Assembly: GCA_965658655.1 (NCBI GenBank)
Contig: CBFHTA010000002.1
Span: 96,001-160,000 of the forward strand
Length of the DNA: 64,000 bases
Direction of reading: 5' to 3'
DNA from: Candidatus Babelota bacterium
Lineage (GTDB): Bacteria; Babelota; Babeliae; Babelales; CAIQNR01
Under the pieces are notes generated by a model, which did not search any database, had not been told where the DNA came from, and saw only the letters and a program-made list of their open reading frames with translations. This document shows positions 1 through 9,127 of the stretch, in pieces. How positions within the stretch are numbered: the first letter of the stretch is position 1; the number at the start of each line of letters is the position of its first letter. The position numbers and the translations under genes were made by a program.

Positions 1-1
1 G

Positions 2-412
2 GGGCTTGATTTAGTTATGCTTTCTGACGGTGGTGGTAAGGGCGCGCCTATTGTTAAAATTATGGATTACGGCAAAGAGCTGTATAATCGTAAAAAGAAA
101 CAAGTAGAGGCGAAAAAAACGCAAAAAACCATCCAGATTAAAGAAGTGAAGATTCGTCCAAAAATTGGAGAGCACGACTATCAAACAAAAATGAAGCAAG
201 CCATTTCTTTCTTAAGAAGTGGAAAACGTGTTAAATTTACCCTCTTTTTTAGAGGACGCGAAATGGCAACACGTCAAGAACGGGGAAGGATTTTGTTTGA
301 TAGAATTAATGAAACACTTTCACAAGAGGGTCTATTAGATAATCTTGTGCAAGAGAAAGAGATGAAAGCAGGGCCAGCGTGGTCCAAAGTTTGTTATTTA
401 AAGAAAGTGTAA
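2..412 (+). CDS. infC: Translation initiation factor IF-3, 5' end outside the window
   Basis: Frame open from base 2 (GLDLV...KIMDYGK...KEVKIRPKIGEHDY...FRGRE); followed by rpmI-rplT. Confidence 0.97.
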   Translation, partial: GLDLVMLSDGGGKGAPIVKIMDYGKELYNRKKKQVEAKKTQKTIQIKEVKIRPKIGEHDYQTKMKQAISFLRSGKRVKFTLFFRGREMATRQERGRILFDRINETLSQEGLLDNLVQEKEMKAGPAWSKVCYLKKV

Positions 413-413
413 T

Positions 414-608
414 ATGCCTAAAGTAAAAACAAATTCAGCAGCAAAGAAACGCTTTAGAAAGACCGGTAAGGGTAAGATCAAGCGTGCTTGTTCCTTGCGT
501 CGTCATATCTTAACCAAGAAGACACGTAAAAGAAAAAGAGATTTGCGCCAAGGTAAATATATTTGTAAATCAGATGAGAAAGCAGCAAGAAACCTGCTTC
601 CTAACTAA
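414..608 (+). CDS. rpmI: 50S ribosomal protein L35
   Basis: MPKVKTNSAAKKRFRKTGKGKIKR...RHILTKK; canonical operon position. Confidence 0.98.
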   Translation: MPKVKTNSAAKKRFRKTGKGKIKRACSLRRHILTKKTRKRKRDLRQGKYICKSDEKAARNLLPN

Positions 609-627
609 ATAATGGTGGAATGAGAGC

Positions 628-984
628 ATGACAAGAATAAAACGTGGTACCGTAACCAAAAAACGTCACAAAAAGCTTTTGAAAGAAACCAAAGGGTTTT
701 GGGGACAAAGAAGTAACGTATTTAAAAGAGCAAAAGAAACCTTGCTGCGTGCAATGGCATTTGCTTTTGTAGGTAGAAAACTTAAGAAGCGAGATACTCG
801 TGCTTTGTTTATTACAAGAATTAAAGCTGGAGCTCGCCAACATGGTCTTTCTTATAGCCGTTTGATTCATGGCCTTAAGGTTGCAAAGGTTGATCTTAAC
901 AGAAAAATGTTGAGTCAATTAGCAATTTTTGAGCCAAAGGGATTTGAAAAGATTGCTGATGTAGCTAAGCAAGCTCAATCTTGA
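628..984 (+). CDS. rplT: 50S ribosomal protein L20
   Basis: MTRIKRG...KGFWGQRS...LNRKMLSQLAI. Confidence 0.98.
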   Translation: MTRIKRGTVTKKRHKKLLKETKGFWGQRSNVFKRAKETLLRAMAFAFVGRKLKKRDTRALFITRIKAGARQHGLSYSRLIHGLKVAKVDLNRKMLSQLAIFEPKGFEKIADVAKQAQS

Positions 985-1047
985 CAATAAAAGTTTATTC
1001 TCAGTAAACTTTTATGAATCATAATTGGCAAAAAAGGGGAGAGAAGT

Positions 1048-1299
1048 ATGGAAATGTTGAGCGCATTAGAAAAGAAAGTAGAGAACCTTATTACGCTGAT
1101 CAAGCATTTAAAAGATGAAAATTCTAGGATTGGTAACGAAAATCAAGAATTGAAAGATCAAGTTCGGCAGCTGGAAGGCTCTCTACTTAAAGAAGCGAAG
1201 CAAGTTGAGCAAGAACTCACCCAGGAACGTGAAACAACTAAGCAAGTGGTCGATGATCTAATCAAGAGCATTGACGATTTGATAGAGAGCGGAGGGTGA
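1048..1299 (+). CDS. zapB: ZapB-like coiled-coil cell division protein
   Basis: 83-aa heptad coiled coil (LEKKVENLITLIKHLKDEN) directly upstream of and overlapping zapA; purine-rich RBS. Confidence 0.65.
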   Translation: MEMLSALEKKVENLITLIKHLKDENSRIGNENQELKDQVRQLEGSLLKEAKQVEQELTQERETTKQVVDDLIKSIDDLIESGG

Positions 1300-1586
1300 G
1301 TATGACTAAGAAAAAAGTTCAAGTTACCATTAACGATGCAGTGTATTCTTTCGTAACTGATGAGTCGGAAGAACATCTTCATGGAGCAGCAGCTCGTGTA
1401 GACGAGTTGGTACGAGCTATTTTGCAAGCTGGGGCAGAAGTACCTAGTGCAGCTATTTTAGCAGCTCTACAACTGGCAAGTAGTTTGGTAAAACTGGAAG
1501 AAAGGCAACAGCAAGAAGAAGAAGAGAAACGTCGTCTTGTAGAAAGAATAGAACGCGAATCTCAACTTTTTGCTTCTTTGTCTTAA
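1296..1586 (+). CDS. zapA: Cell division protein ZapA
   Basis: VQVTIND..YSF...EEHL..AA..VD...AILAALQLA pattern; zapA-rny synteny. Confidence 0.85.
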   Translation: MSMTKKKVQVTINDAVYSFVTDESEEHLHGAAARVDELVRAILQAGAEVPSAAILAALQLASSLVKLEERQQQEEEEKRRLVERIERESQLFASLS

Positions 1587-1589
1587 CTC

Positions 1590-1704
1590 TGTTTTGTTTT
1601 CCTTTCAATTCTTTGTGCTCACGATAGTCTCTGCTCAAAAATGTTTGCGGGAGAGTGGGTAACAAAATTAACTTAAATGTGTTGGTTGTGAGAAAGAAAA
1701 ATAA
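1590..1704 (+). ncRNA. Candidate structured RNA (possible reduced 6S-like RNA or rny leader)
   Basis: The intergenic region folds by eye into one long imperfect hairpin; position after zapA is the usual ssrS position. Confidence 0.25.
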
Positions 1705-3261
1705 ATGATTACATTATTAATTGAATTTGCAGGGATTATCGGTGTTGTAGTCGCTTTGGCTATGCTCTTTTATGCACGCCGAAGAATGCAAGCAGCTCAA
1801 GATAGCATGTTTCAGGCTAAAGAACGTTGGAAAGTGCTTAAGCGAGAAATTGAAACAGAACGAAAAGAAGCTCTTCTTAAGGTAAAAGATGAAATTTATC
1901 GTAGGAGAAATGAGTTTGAACTAGAGATTAAACGCGATAGACTAGAGCTTGAACGTCACCAGAATAAAGTTAATACCAAATACGAAACGCTTGAAAAGAA
2001 AGAGCAGCAACTTGACGAACTCAAGCGAGAAGTGCAACAAAAAGAACGTAAACTTTCTCGCATGAGCGAAGTAATGTACACTAACGAAGAAAAGCTTAAA
2101 ACATTGTACAACGAGTTAATTAGTAAGTTAGAAAATGTTAGTGGATACAGTAAAGACCAGGCAAAGAGAGAACTTTCTAATACTTTGCAAGCCGAGGTTG
2201 AACTGTCTAATGAAAAATGGATTCAGAAGGTTGAAGAAGAAACACGCCAAATAGCAAAAGATAAGTCGACACAAATTGTTGTAGGTGCAATGCAGCGATA
2301 CACCGTTGATCAAGTTACACCGCATTCTTCAAGCGTGGTTCATTTGCCAAACGAAGAGATGAAGGGTCGTATCATTGGTAAAGAAGGCCGTAACATTAAA
2401 GCGTTAGAAATGGCAACTGGAATGGAATTTGTTATTGGAGACGCTCCCGAAATTATTACCATCTCTGGGTTCAATCCAATTAGAAGAGAAGTTGCTCGTA
2501 GAGCACTAGAAAAACTTATTACAGATGGTCGAATTAACCCAACACGTATTGAAGAAACTGTTGCTGCGTGCGAAAAAGATCTTGAAGATATTATTCAAGA
2601 GTACGGGAAAAATGCTGTACTTGAATGCAACCTACAAGGTGTTCATCCAGAGATTGTTACACTCTTGGGAAAACTACACTTTAGAACAAGTTTTTCTCAA
2701 AACGTTTTAGACCATTCTTTAGAGGTTGGCAATTTTGCACGAATGATAGCAGAGGAGCTTGGTTTAGACGGTCAAAAAGCTTTGCGAGCTGGTCTTTTGC
2801 ATGATATTGGAAAAGCGGTTACTGCAGAAGTTGAAGGTCCTCACGCTATTATTGGTGGTGACATTGCAAAACGTTGTGGTGAAGAGGCAGAAATTGTAAA
2901 TGCAATTGCTGCTCATCACGAAGAAGTTCCGTTTATGTCTATTTATGCACCGCTAGTGGTGATTGCGGATACTATCTCTGCATCACGACCAGGAGCAAGA
3001 AGAGAGACGTTAACTGCGTATGTTAAACGTCTTGAAAAACTTGAAGAAATCGCAGGTACATTTGACGGTGTTAAAAAAGCGTATGCATTACAAGCTGGTA
3101 GAGAAGTACGAATCATTGTTGAGGAAGACATCCTTGATGATGAAAAGGCATTCTCATTGGCACGAGATGTAGCTAAAAAAATAGAGGAAGAAATGAACTT
3201 CCCTGGTCAAATTAAGGTTAACGTTATTCGCGAGAAGCGTGCAATTGAGTACGCAAGGTAA
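1705..3261 (+). CDS. rny: Ribonuclease Y
   Basis: N-terminal TM, coiled coil, KH domain (KGRIIGKEGRNI), HD domain (LLHDIGK), C-terminal QAGREVR. Confidence 0.98.
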   Translation: MITLLIEFAGIIGVVVALAMLFYARRRMQAAQDSMFQAKERWKVLKREIETERKEALLKVKDEIYRRRNEFELEIKRDRLELERHQNKVNTKYETLEKKEQQLDELKREVQQKERKLSRMSEVMYTNEEKLKTLYNELISKLENVSGYSKDQAKRELSNTLQAEVELSNEKWIQKVEEETRQIAKDKSTQIVVGAMQRYTVDQVTPHSSSVVHLPNEEMKGRIIGKEGRNIKALEMATGMEFVIGDAPEIITISGFNPIRREVARRALEKLITDGRINPTRIEETVAACEKDLEDIIQEYGKNAVLECNLQGVHPEIVTLLGKLHFRTSFSQNVLDHSLEVGNFARMIAEELGLDGQKALRAGLLHDIGKAVTAEVEGPHAIIGGDIAKRCGEEAEIVNAIAAHHEEVPFMSIYAPLVVIADTISASRPGARRETLTAYVKRLEKLEEIAGTFDGVKKAYALQAGREVRIIVEEDILDDEKAFSLARDVAKKIEEEMNFPGQIKVNVIREKRAIEYAR

Positions 3262-3263
3262 TT

Positions 3264-4073
3264 ATGAATACAGTGCGAATTTTGTTAATTGGAGATTTGG
3301 TAGGAAAAACAGGTAGAGAGCTTTTTGCTCGTCACATTGACAAGATTCGCCAAGAACATCGTATAGATGCGACTATTGTGAATGGAGAAAACTCTTCTCA
3401 TGGTAAGGGAATTACTCCTAAGGTTATGGCTTTTTTCAAAAAGCATAACGTTGACTTGGTAACATCGGGTAACCATATTTGGGATCGTCGAGAGATCATT
3501 CCTTATTTTAATGAAAACAATGATTTATTACGCCCTGCAAACTATCCAAGTTCTTGCCCTGGAGAAGGAATTGGTTTTTTTGAATGCGCAGGAGTAACTA
3601 TTGCAGTTATTAATGTTATGGGTCGTGTTTTTATGCGACAACAGTTAAGTTGTCCTTTTAAAACAACAGAATCTTTGGTGGAGTACGCTGCATCTAAAAC
3701 ACCTATTATTTTAGTAGATGTCCATGCCGAAGCAACAGCTGAAAAGCTTGGTCTAGGATATTCTCTTGATGGTAAAGTGTCTGCATTGGTAGGAACTCAT
3801 ACGCATGTGCAAACGAATGATGCTCGTATCTTACCAGGTGGAACTGCTTATATTACAGATCTTGGAATGGGCGGATCACTCAATTCTATGATAGGCGTCA
3901 AAAAAGAAGCTCCTATTGCTAATTTTGTAACACAAATGCCGGTTCGGCACGAGGTAGATACTGAGCCTCCTTATGTGTTGAGCGCGGTAGTAATTGAGGT
4001 TAACACTGACACAGGAAAAGCGCTTACCATAAAAACTATTTATGAAATTGATACACAAGGATTAGGGATTTAA
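3264..4073 (+). CDS. ymdB: YmdB-family metallophosphoesterase
   Basis: GDLVG, NGEN, TSGNH, DVHAEATAEK, GTHTHVQT motifs; follows rny. Confidence 0.95.
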   Translation: MNTVRILLIGDLVGKTGRELFARHIDKIRQEHRIDATIVNGENSSHGKGITPKVMAFFKKHNVDLVTSGNHIWDRREIIPYFNENNDLLRPANYPSSCPGEGIGFFECAGVTIAVINVMGRVFMRQQLSCPFKTTESLVEYAASKTPIILVDVHAEATAEKLGLGYSLDGKVSALVGTHTHVQTNDARILPGGTAYITDLGMGGSLNSMIGVKKEAPIANFVTQMPVRHEVDTEPPYVLSAVVIEVNTDTGKALTIKTIYEIDTQGLGI

Positions 4074-4075
4074 GA

Positions 4076-4996
4076 ATGAATTTTAAACAATACGGTATTG
4101 CTCCGGTTCTTTTTTTACATGCAATTTTTCCACTTATTTTTAGCATTGGCAAAGTAGGAATGTTGTATGCACCATTTTGCTTTTTTATTGCTTTGCGTGC
4201 ATTAAGTTGTGGTCTTTTTTCTATGAGTGTGTATTTACTTACAGTTAAAGAGAGAAAACCGGTAGAGAAGAAAGACAGAGCGCTGCTTGTGCTTGCCGGT
4301 CTGTTTGGAATTTATCTTACTTTTATTCCTGAGTTTTGGGCGCTACAGTATTTGTCTGTAGGTAAAGTTGCCTTTATTTTTGTACTGGCACCTTTTTTTA
4401 CTGCTCTTTTTTCCCGACTGCATGGGTTAGAAACGTTCAGTTATAAAAAGATCTTAGGGCTTATGATTGGATTTCTTGGATTCCTTCCAATCCTTATGAA
4501 TAAAACGGGCGCAGAGCTAAGCTTTAAGTCTTTTTTTAGTTTTGACTTGCCCGAAGTAGCTTTAATCTTTGCGGTAGGCTGCTATGCATACAGTTGGGTC
4601 ATCATCAAGCGTCTAACAAAACAATCTAATTATTCCCCGTGGTTTGTTAGTGGTTTTTCTATGCTAGAAGGTGGATTTGCTGCGCTTTTAACATCATTCT
4701 TTTATGATGGTTGGTATACGGGTGTTTCTCCGGTAACCGAGTGGGCTCCACTATTATTCTATGTTTTCTTGCTAATGAGTGTAGCGATCACTGTATTTGT
4801 TCTTTATATCTACTTACTGAAAGAATACTCGGCAACCCTTATTTCATTCTTTGGATTCACTCGATCATTCTTTGGAGCTTTTTACGGATGGCTCTTCTTG
4901 GGTGAGGTGGTTCCTTGGATTTTTTATCCTTCGGTCTTAGTTGTTTCAGTTGGTTTATACTTATTCTACCAAGAAGAGTTGTCGCTAGAAGGGTAA
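4076..4996 (+). CDS. EamA/DMT-family transporter (copy 1)
   Basis: About 10 hydrophobic segments, ALQYLS...APFFTALF, GWLFLGE, LYLFYQEE. Confidence 0.9.
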   Translation: MNFKQYGIAPVLFLHAIFPLIFSIGKVGMLYAPFCFFIALRALSCGLFSMSVYLLTVKERKPVEKKDRALLVLAGLFGIYLTFIPEFWALQYLSVGKVAFIFVLAPFFTALFSRLHGLETFSYKKILGLMIGFLGFLPILMNKTGAELSFKSFFSFDLPEVALIFAVGCYAYSWVIIKRLTKQSNYSPWFVSGFSMLEGGFAALLTSFFYDGWYTGVSPVTEWAPLLFYVFLLMSVAITVFVLYIYLLKEYSATLISFFGFTRSFFGAFYGWLFLGEVVPWIFYPSVLVVSVGLYLFYQEELSLEG

Positions 4997-5086
4997 AAGA
5001 ACTCTTTTCTTTAAAATATCTTGACGGTAGCATGTTTTTCCTCACAGAATTAATAGATAAATTTAAATTATTAATCAGAGGGTGCA

Positions 5087-5254
5087 ATGGATATTTTTCA
5101 GCTAGGTGTTATTCCTGTTTTCGCTTTAATATATGGCTATGAGTGGTTAGGGGTACCAATTTCCTGGGCATTGATACCTTCTGTGGGTGTAGTTTTAATC
5201 GGTTTATATTTATTCTATCAAGATGAATTACATGCGGGGAAGGGGAAACAGTGA
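5087..5254 (+). CDS. 55-aa ORF matching the last two TM helices of the EamA paralogs (mini-protein or remnant)
   Basis: Not in the ORF track. Translates to MDIFQLGVIPVFALIYGYEWLGVPISWALIPSVGVVLIGLYLFYQDELHAGKGKQ; GAGGG upstream; its TGA overlaps the next GTG start. Confidence 0.65.
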   Translation: MDIFQLGVIPVFALIYGYEWLGVPISWALIPSVGVVLIGLYLFYQDELHAGKGKQ

Positions 5255-6168
5255 ATCTAAAAAGATTTGGTATAACTCCACTGATTCTTTTATATATGGT
5301 GTTTCCGTTAATGTTTAGTCTTAGCAAAATGGCTATGAACTATACTCCCCCAACAACTTTTATTGCCCTTAGAATGATATCTGCAGGCCTTGTTCTTCTT
5401 GTGTGTTTTCTATTGCAACATAAAGAGCGCTATACCATTATTTGGGAAGATGCGCGTCTGTTTTTTAAAGCGAGTCTCTTTGGTATTTATTTAACATATG
5501 TCCCTGAACTTTGGGCTTTGCAATATTTGTCTGTAGCTAAAAGCGCTTTTCTTTTTGTGTTGGCACCATTTTTTACTGCACTCTTTGCACATTTATATGA
5601 AAAAGAATCGTTTTCTTTTAAAAAGATAATAGGTTTGATTGTAGGTCTGATTGGTTTTATTCCTATGTTGATTGCAACCACGGGCCAAGAAGAAACTTTT
5701 AAAAGTTTTTTTAGTCTTAACTTGCCAGAAGTTATTACTATTTTATCTGTTGCTTTTTATGCCTATAGTTGGATCCCCATCAAACAATTAATGAACGAAA
5801 AAAAATATTCTCCTTGGTTGATCAATGGAATAACTATGTTAGGTGGCGGATTGGGTGCTGCAGCAACTTCTTTTTTTTGTGATGGATGGTATAAGGGAGT
5901 CTGTCCTATCACTGATTGGAAAGCTGTATCCTTCTATGTACTTTTAACACTTTTTGTTGGCGTTTTTTGTTATATTCTCTATACTTACCTTTTAAAAAGT
6001 TTTTCTACGACATTAGTTTCGTTTTTTTGCTTTACAGAACCGTTTTTTGCAGCTTTTTATGGCTGGTTTTTTTTAGGTGAAAAGGTTTCTTATTGGTTCT
6101 TTATTTCTATTTTTATTGTATCAATAGGGTTGTATATTTTTTATCAAGAAGAGTTACAAATAGGGTGA
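5251..6168 (+). CDS. EamA/DMT-family transporter (copy 2)
   Basis: Close paralog of 4076..4996 (FGIYLT..PE.WALQYLSV.K.AF.FVLAPFFTALF). Confidence 0.9.
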   Translation: MNLKRFGITPLILLYMVFPLMFSLSKMAMNYTPPTTFIALRMISAGLVLLVCFLLQHKERYTIIWEDARLFFKASLFGIYLTYVPELWALQYLSVAKSAFLFVLAPFFTALFAHLYEKESFSFKKIIGLIVGLIGFIPMLIATTGQEETFKSFFSLNLPEVITILSVAFYAYSWIPIKQLMNEKKYSPWLINGITMLGGGLGAAATSFFCDGWYKGVCPITDWKAVSFYVLLTLFVGVFCYILYTYLLKSFSTTLVSFFCFTEPFFAAFYGWFFLGEKVSYWFFISIFIVSIGLYIFYQEELQIG

Positions 6169-6171
6169 ATC

Positions 6172-7071
6172 ATGCTTTCTATTGTATTTTTTTACGCAGT
6201 CATGGCTGGTGTTTTTACGGTTGGTAAACAGGTAGTACTTTATGCCTATCCCTTTTTTTTAACCGCATTGCGTCTTCCTGCTGGAGGATGTGTATTTTTA
6301 GCCTTTGCATATTTTTGGCAAAAGCACCCATTTAAAATAACAAAACCAATTGCTCTTTTACTCCTAGGTTACGGGGTAGGGACTGTCTTTATGGATTCAG
6401 GCCGATTCTTTGCCTTACAAACATTACCTGCAGCAAATACAGCATTAATAACTTCTCTTGCACCATTTGTAGCCGCACTTTTCTCTTACCTATTTCTAGG
6501 TGAACATATAACATACAGAAAAATTATCATTTTGGGCGTTGGATTTATGGGTATGCTTCCATTGTTTATTGCTCGTGCAGATACATCTCTTGGGGGCATG
6601 AACACTAATGATTTGATGTTTGCTTATGGTTCTGCTTTTTGTTCAATGCTTGGTTTTGTATTGATAGGTTTATTTGTAAAACTTCTAACAACCCGTTATA
6701 AAATGCCACTTTTTATGGCTTTGGGATGGGGAATGTTGTTAGGTGGTTTAATAGGTTTAGTATGCTCTTTACTGTTTGACCCATGGAATCCAGTACCCTT
6801 TATCAACGCATCAAAAGCATGGCCTATTGTAGTGTACTTATTCTTTACTCATAATTTACTTGCTTATCCCTTGTATGGTTATTTGCTTGAACATTATCCG
6901 TTAACATTAATTGCGTTCGCTCAACTACTTACTCCACTTTTTACTGCAATTTTACGATTAATTTTGTTTCATGAACCGATTTCATTACCATTCATGATTT
7001 CATTTACTATTTTGGGTGGCGCGCTTTATCTTTTCTACAAAGAAGAAGAAAAAGAAGGGTTGATCACATAA
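6172..7071 (+). CDS. EamA/DMT-family transporter (copy 3)
   Basis: 10-TM pattern, APFVAALFSYLFLGE, LYLFYKEE. Confidence 0.88.
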   Translation: MLSIVFFYAVMAGVFTVGKQVVLYAYPFFLTALRLPAGGCVFLAFAYFWQKHPFKITKPIALLLLGYGVGTVFMDSGRFFALQTLPAANTALITSLAPFVAALFSYLFLGEHITYRKIIILGVGFMGMLPLFIARADTSLGGMNTNDLMFAYGSAFCSMLGFVLIGLFVKLLTTRYKMPLFMALGWGMLLGGLIGLVCSLLFDPWNPVPFINASKAWPIVVYLFFTHNLLAYPLYGYLLEHYPLTLIAFAQLLTPLFTAILRLILFHEPISLPFMISFTILGGALYLFYKEEEKEGLIT

Positions 7072-7089
7072 AAACAACAAGGGAATTGA

Positions 7090-7452
7090 ATGTATAAGTA
7101 CTTGTTTGTGTTGTTCTTAATTCCACTGAATATTCTTACGATGGATGATAGTACCCCTGAGTCGCAAAATGAGATCGAGCAGACTGTGCCTTTTCGTAAA
7201 AACAGCATTGCGATAAGGAAACGAAGAGAAGAAAAGGATGCAGAAGATAAAGAATTTCGAAAAAAATGTAATGCTTCAGGGCTAACATCTATGCTAACCT
7301 TAGAAGCTTTAAAAAAGCATGTGGGGCAAAGTCAGAATGATAATGACAACACATTTAACCCATCGATAAAAACTCCTCAAAAACGCGGTGTTTCTTGTGA
7401 AGAGGTTGAGCAAACCAAAAATAAATACCTTTTTTGCTGTGTATTGATTTAA
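7090..7452 (+). CDS. Secreted hypothetical protein with C-terminal CaaX box (candidate effector)
   Basis: Signal peptide MYKYLFVLFLIPLNILT followed by MDD; ends KNKYLFCCVLI-stop. Confidence 0.75.
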   Translation: MYKYLFVLFLIPLNILTMDDSTPESQNEIEQTVPFRKNSIAIRKRREEKDAEDKEFRKKCNASGLTSMLTLEALKKHVGQSQNDNDNTFNPSIKTPQKRGVSCEEVEQTKNKYLFCCVLI

Positions 7453-7550
7453 TTCTTAATTCTCATTAGTAAAAATCTGACAGGTATTGTTTTTTCTTGT
7501 AGTATTGCAATGATATTGATTTTGAAAACCTCTCTAAGAAAGGGCATACG

Positions 7551-8462
7551 TTGTTAGCAATACTTTTGTTGTACGCGTTGTTTGGTACTACGTTTATTTT
7601 GGGGAAAGAAGCTGTTTCGATTGTCCCCCCAATTTTCTTCATTGGTGTTAGGATGATGCTTGCAAGTATTATTCTTCTAGGGTTCATTAAACTCTGGCAA
7701 CGCGAATCTTTAGCTGTTAAACGTAAAGATGTTCCATGGTTTGTAGGAATTGTGCTCTTTCATATTTACATTGCCTATGTTTTTGAATTTGTAGGAATGC
7801 AGTACCTGACAGGAGGAAAAGCTTGTTTAATGTATAATCTGTCACCTTTTATTACTGCTTTATTTTCGTACATTTTCTTTAGTGAAGTTATGACACTCAG
7901 AAAATGGATAGGTTTAGCTATTGGATTTCTAGCTTTTATCCCAAGCTTAATTTTTCAGACTTCAGCGCAAGAAGCTAGTGCTGGTGGATTTGGATTTATC
8001 TCTTGGGGAGAACTGTTGTTGATCATCTCAGTAGTTTCTGCTTCTGCAGGTTGGATTTTTATGAGAAAGCTTACTCGTGAGCTTGGGTATTCATACTTCT
8101 TTGTGAATACAGTGGGAATGCTTGGAGGGGGTATTTTAGCGTTGGCAACCTCTTATCCGCTTGAAGTGTGGCCTTCTTGTAATAGTTTAATAACCAATTG
8201 GCCATTTTTGTATACACTTTTTGGTCTCATTTTGATTGGAAATATTATTTGCTTTAATTTATACGGTTATCTTTTGGCTAGTTATTCCGCAACCATATTA
8301 TCATTTTTTGGTTTTGTAACACCACTTTTTGCGGCCCTTTTTGGTTGGCTGTGGTTGGGAGAGACTGTTCATTGGACATTTTATGTGACGGTTGCATTGG
8401 TTACATTTGGTCTTTATGAATTTTATCAAGAAGAACTTAAGCAAGGGTATATTCTTAAATAA
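7551..8462 (+). CDS. EamA/DMT-family transporter (copy 4)
   Basis: SPFITALFSYIFFSE, PLFAALFGWLWLGE, FYQEEL; TTG start. Confidence 0.9.
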   Translation: MLAILLLYALFGTTFILGKEAVSIVPPIFFIGVRMMLASIILLGFIKLWQRESLAVKRKDVPWFVGIVLFHIYIAYVFEFVGMQYLTGGKACLMYNLSPFITALFSYIFFSEVMTLRKWIGLAIGFLAFIPSLIFQTSAQEASAGGFGFISWGELLLIISVVSASAGWIFMRKLTRELGYSYFFVNTVGMLGGGILALATSYPLEVWPSCNSLITNWPFLYTLFGLILIGNIICFNLYGYLLASYSATILSFFGFVTPLFAALFGWLWLGETVHWTFYVTVALVTFGLYEFYQEELKQGYILK

Positions 8463-8676
8463 GTTGTATACACTAAAAAATTACAAAGGGACCCTCTAAA
8501 GGCCCTTTTGTTTTGTGCAAATAAACTTGTTTCAATAAAAACGTTTTGCTTTAGGATTTACTTTTTCTAGATAAGGCTTACTGGGGTCTTGATGGAGTTT
8601 GCATTGAATGCGAACTTAAAATAAAGAAATTATTAGTAGCCTTACTGTTGGAACATAATGTTAGACAGATGAGTAA

Positions 8677-9042
8677 TTAACTATCTATGTAATCGGTATA
8701 TTTGTTAGATTTACCTTTGCATTTCTCAACAGGGTATTTTTGAGCAGCGCGTTTTAGTTTAGACAAGAATGCCTGCTCAAGATCTATTCCGGTTGCATTA
8801 CAAAAAGAGAGTATGCCTAGTAATACATCAGCAATTTCGTCTTTTACATCTTGTTCTTTGTCTTTAAAGACTTTTTGATCGTCTTTAGGATTACACCATA
8901 AAAATAGTTCCATTAGTTCTGCTGCTTCAATAGAAATGTTCATGGCTAAATTTTTAGGAGTGTGGAATTGTTCCCAGTCTCGTTCTTGAACAAATTTTTT
9001 AGCTTTTTCTTTAAGTTCTTTTAAAGAGAGGCCTTTACTCAT
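8677..9042 (-). CDS. MazG-like nucleotide pyrophosphohydrolase (dCTP pyrophosphatase type)
   Basis: ERDWEQFHTPKNLAM.ISIEAAELME...DEIADV...KYP. Confidence 0.92.
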   Translation of the reverse strand: MSKGLSLKELKEKAKKFVQERDWEQFHTPKNLAMNISIEAAELMELFLWCNPKDDQKVFKDKEQDVKDEIADVLLGILSFCNATGIDLEQAFLSKLKRAAQKYPVEKCKGKSNKYTDYIDS

Positions 9043-9127
9043 GTTTTTGTTTCTTTCTTTTTTACAAATAAGCCCAAACTACGTATAATGATAGCAAATT
9101 GTTTGGATTTACTCAAAGAGATGCATT

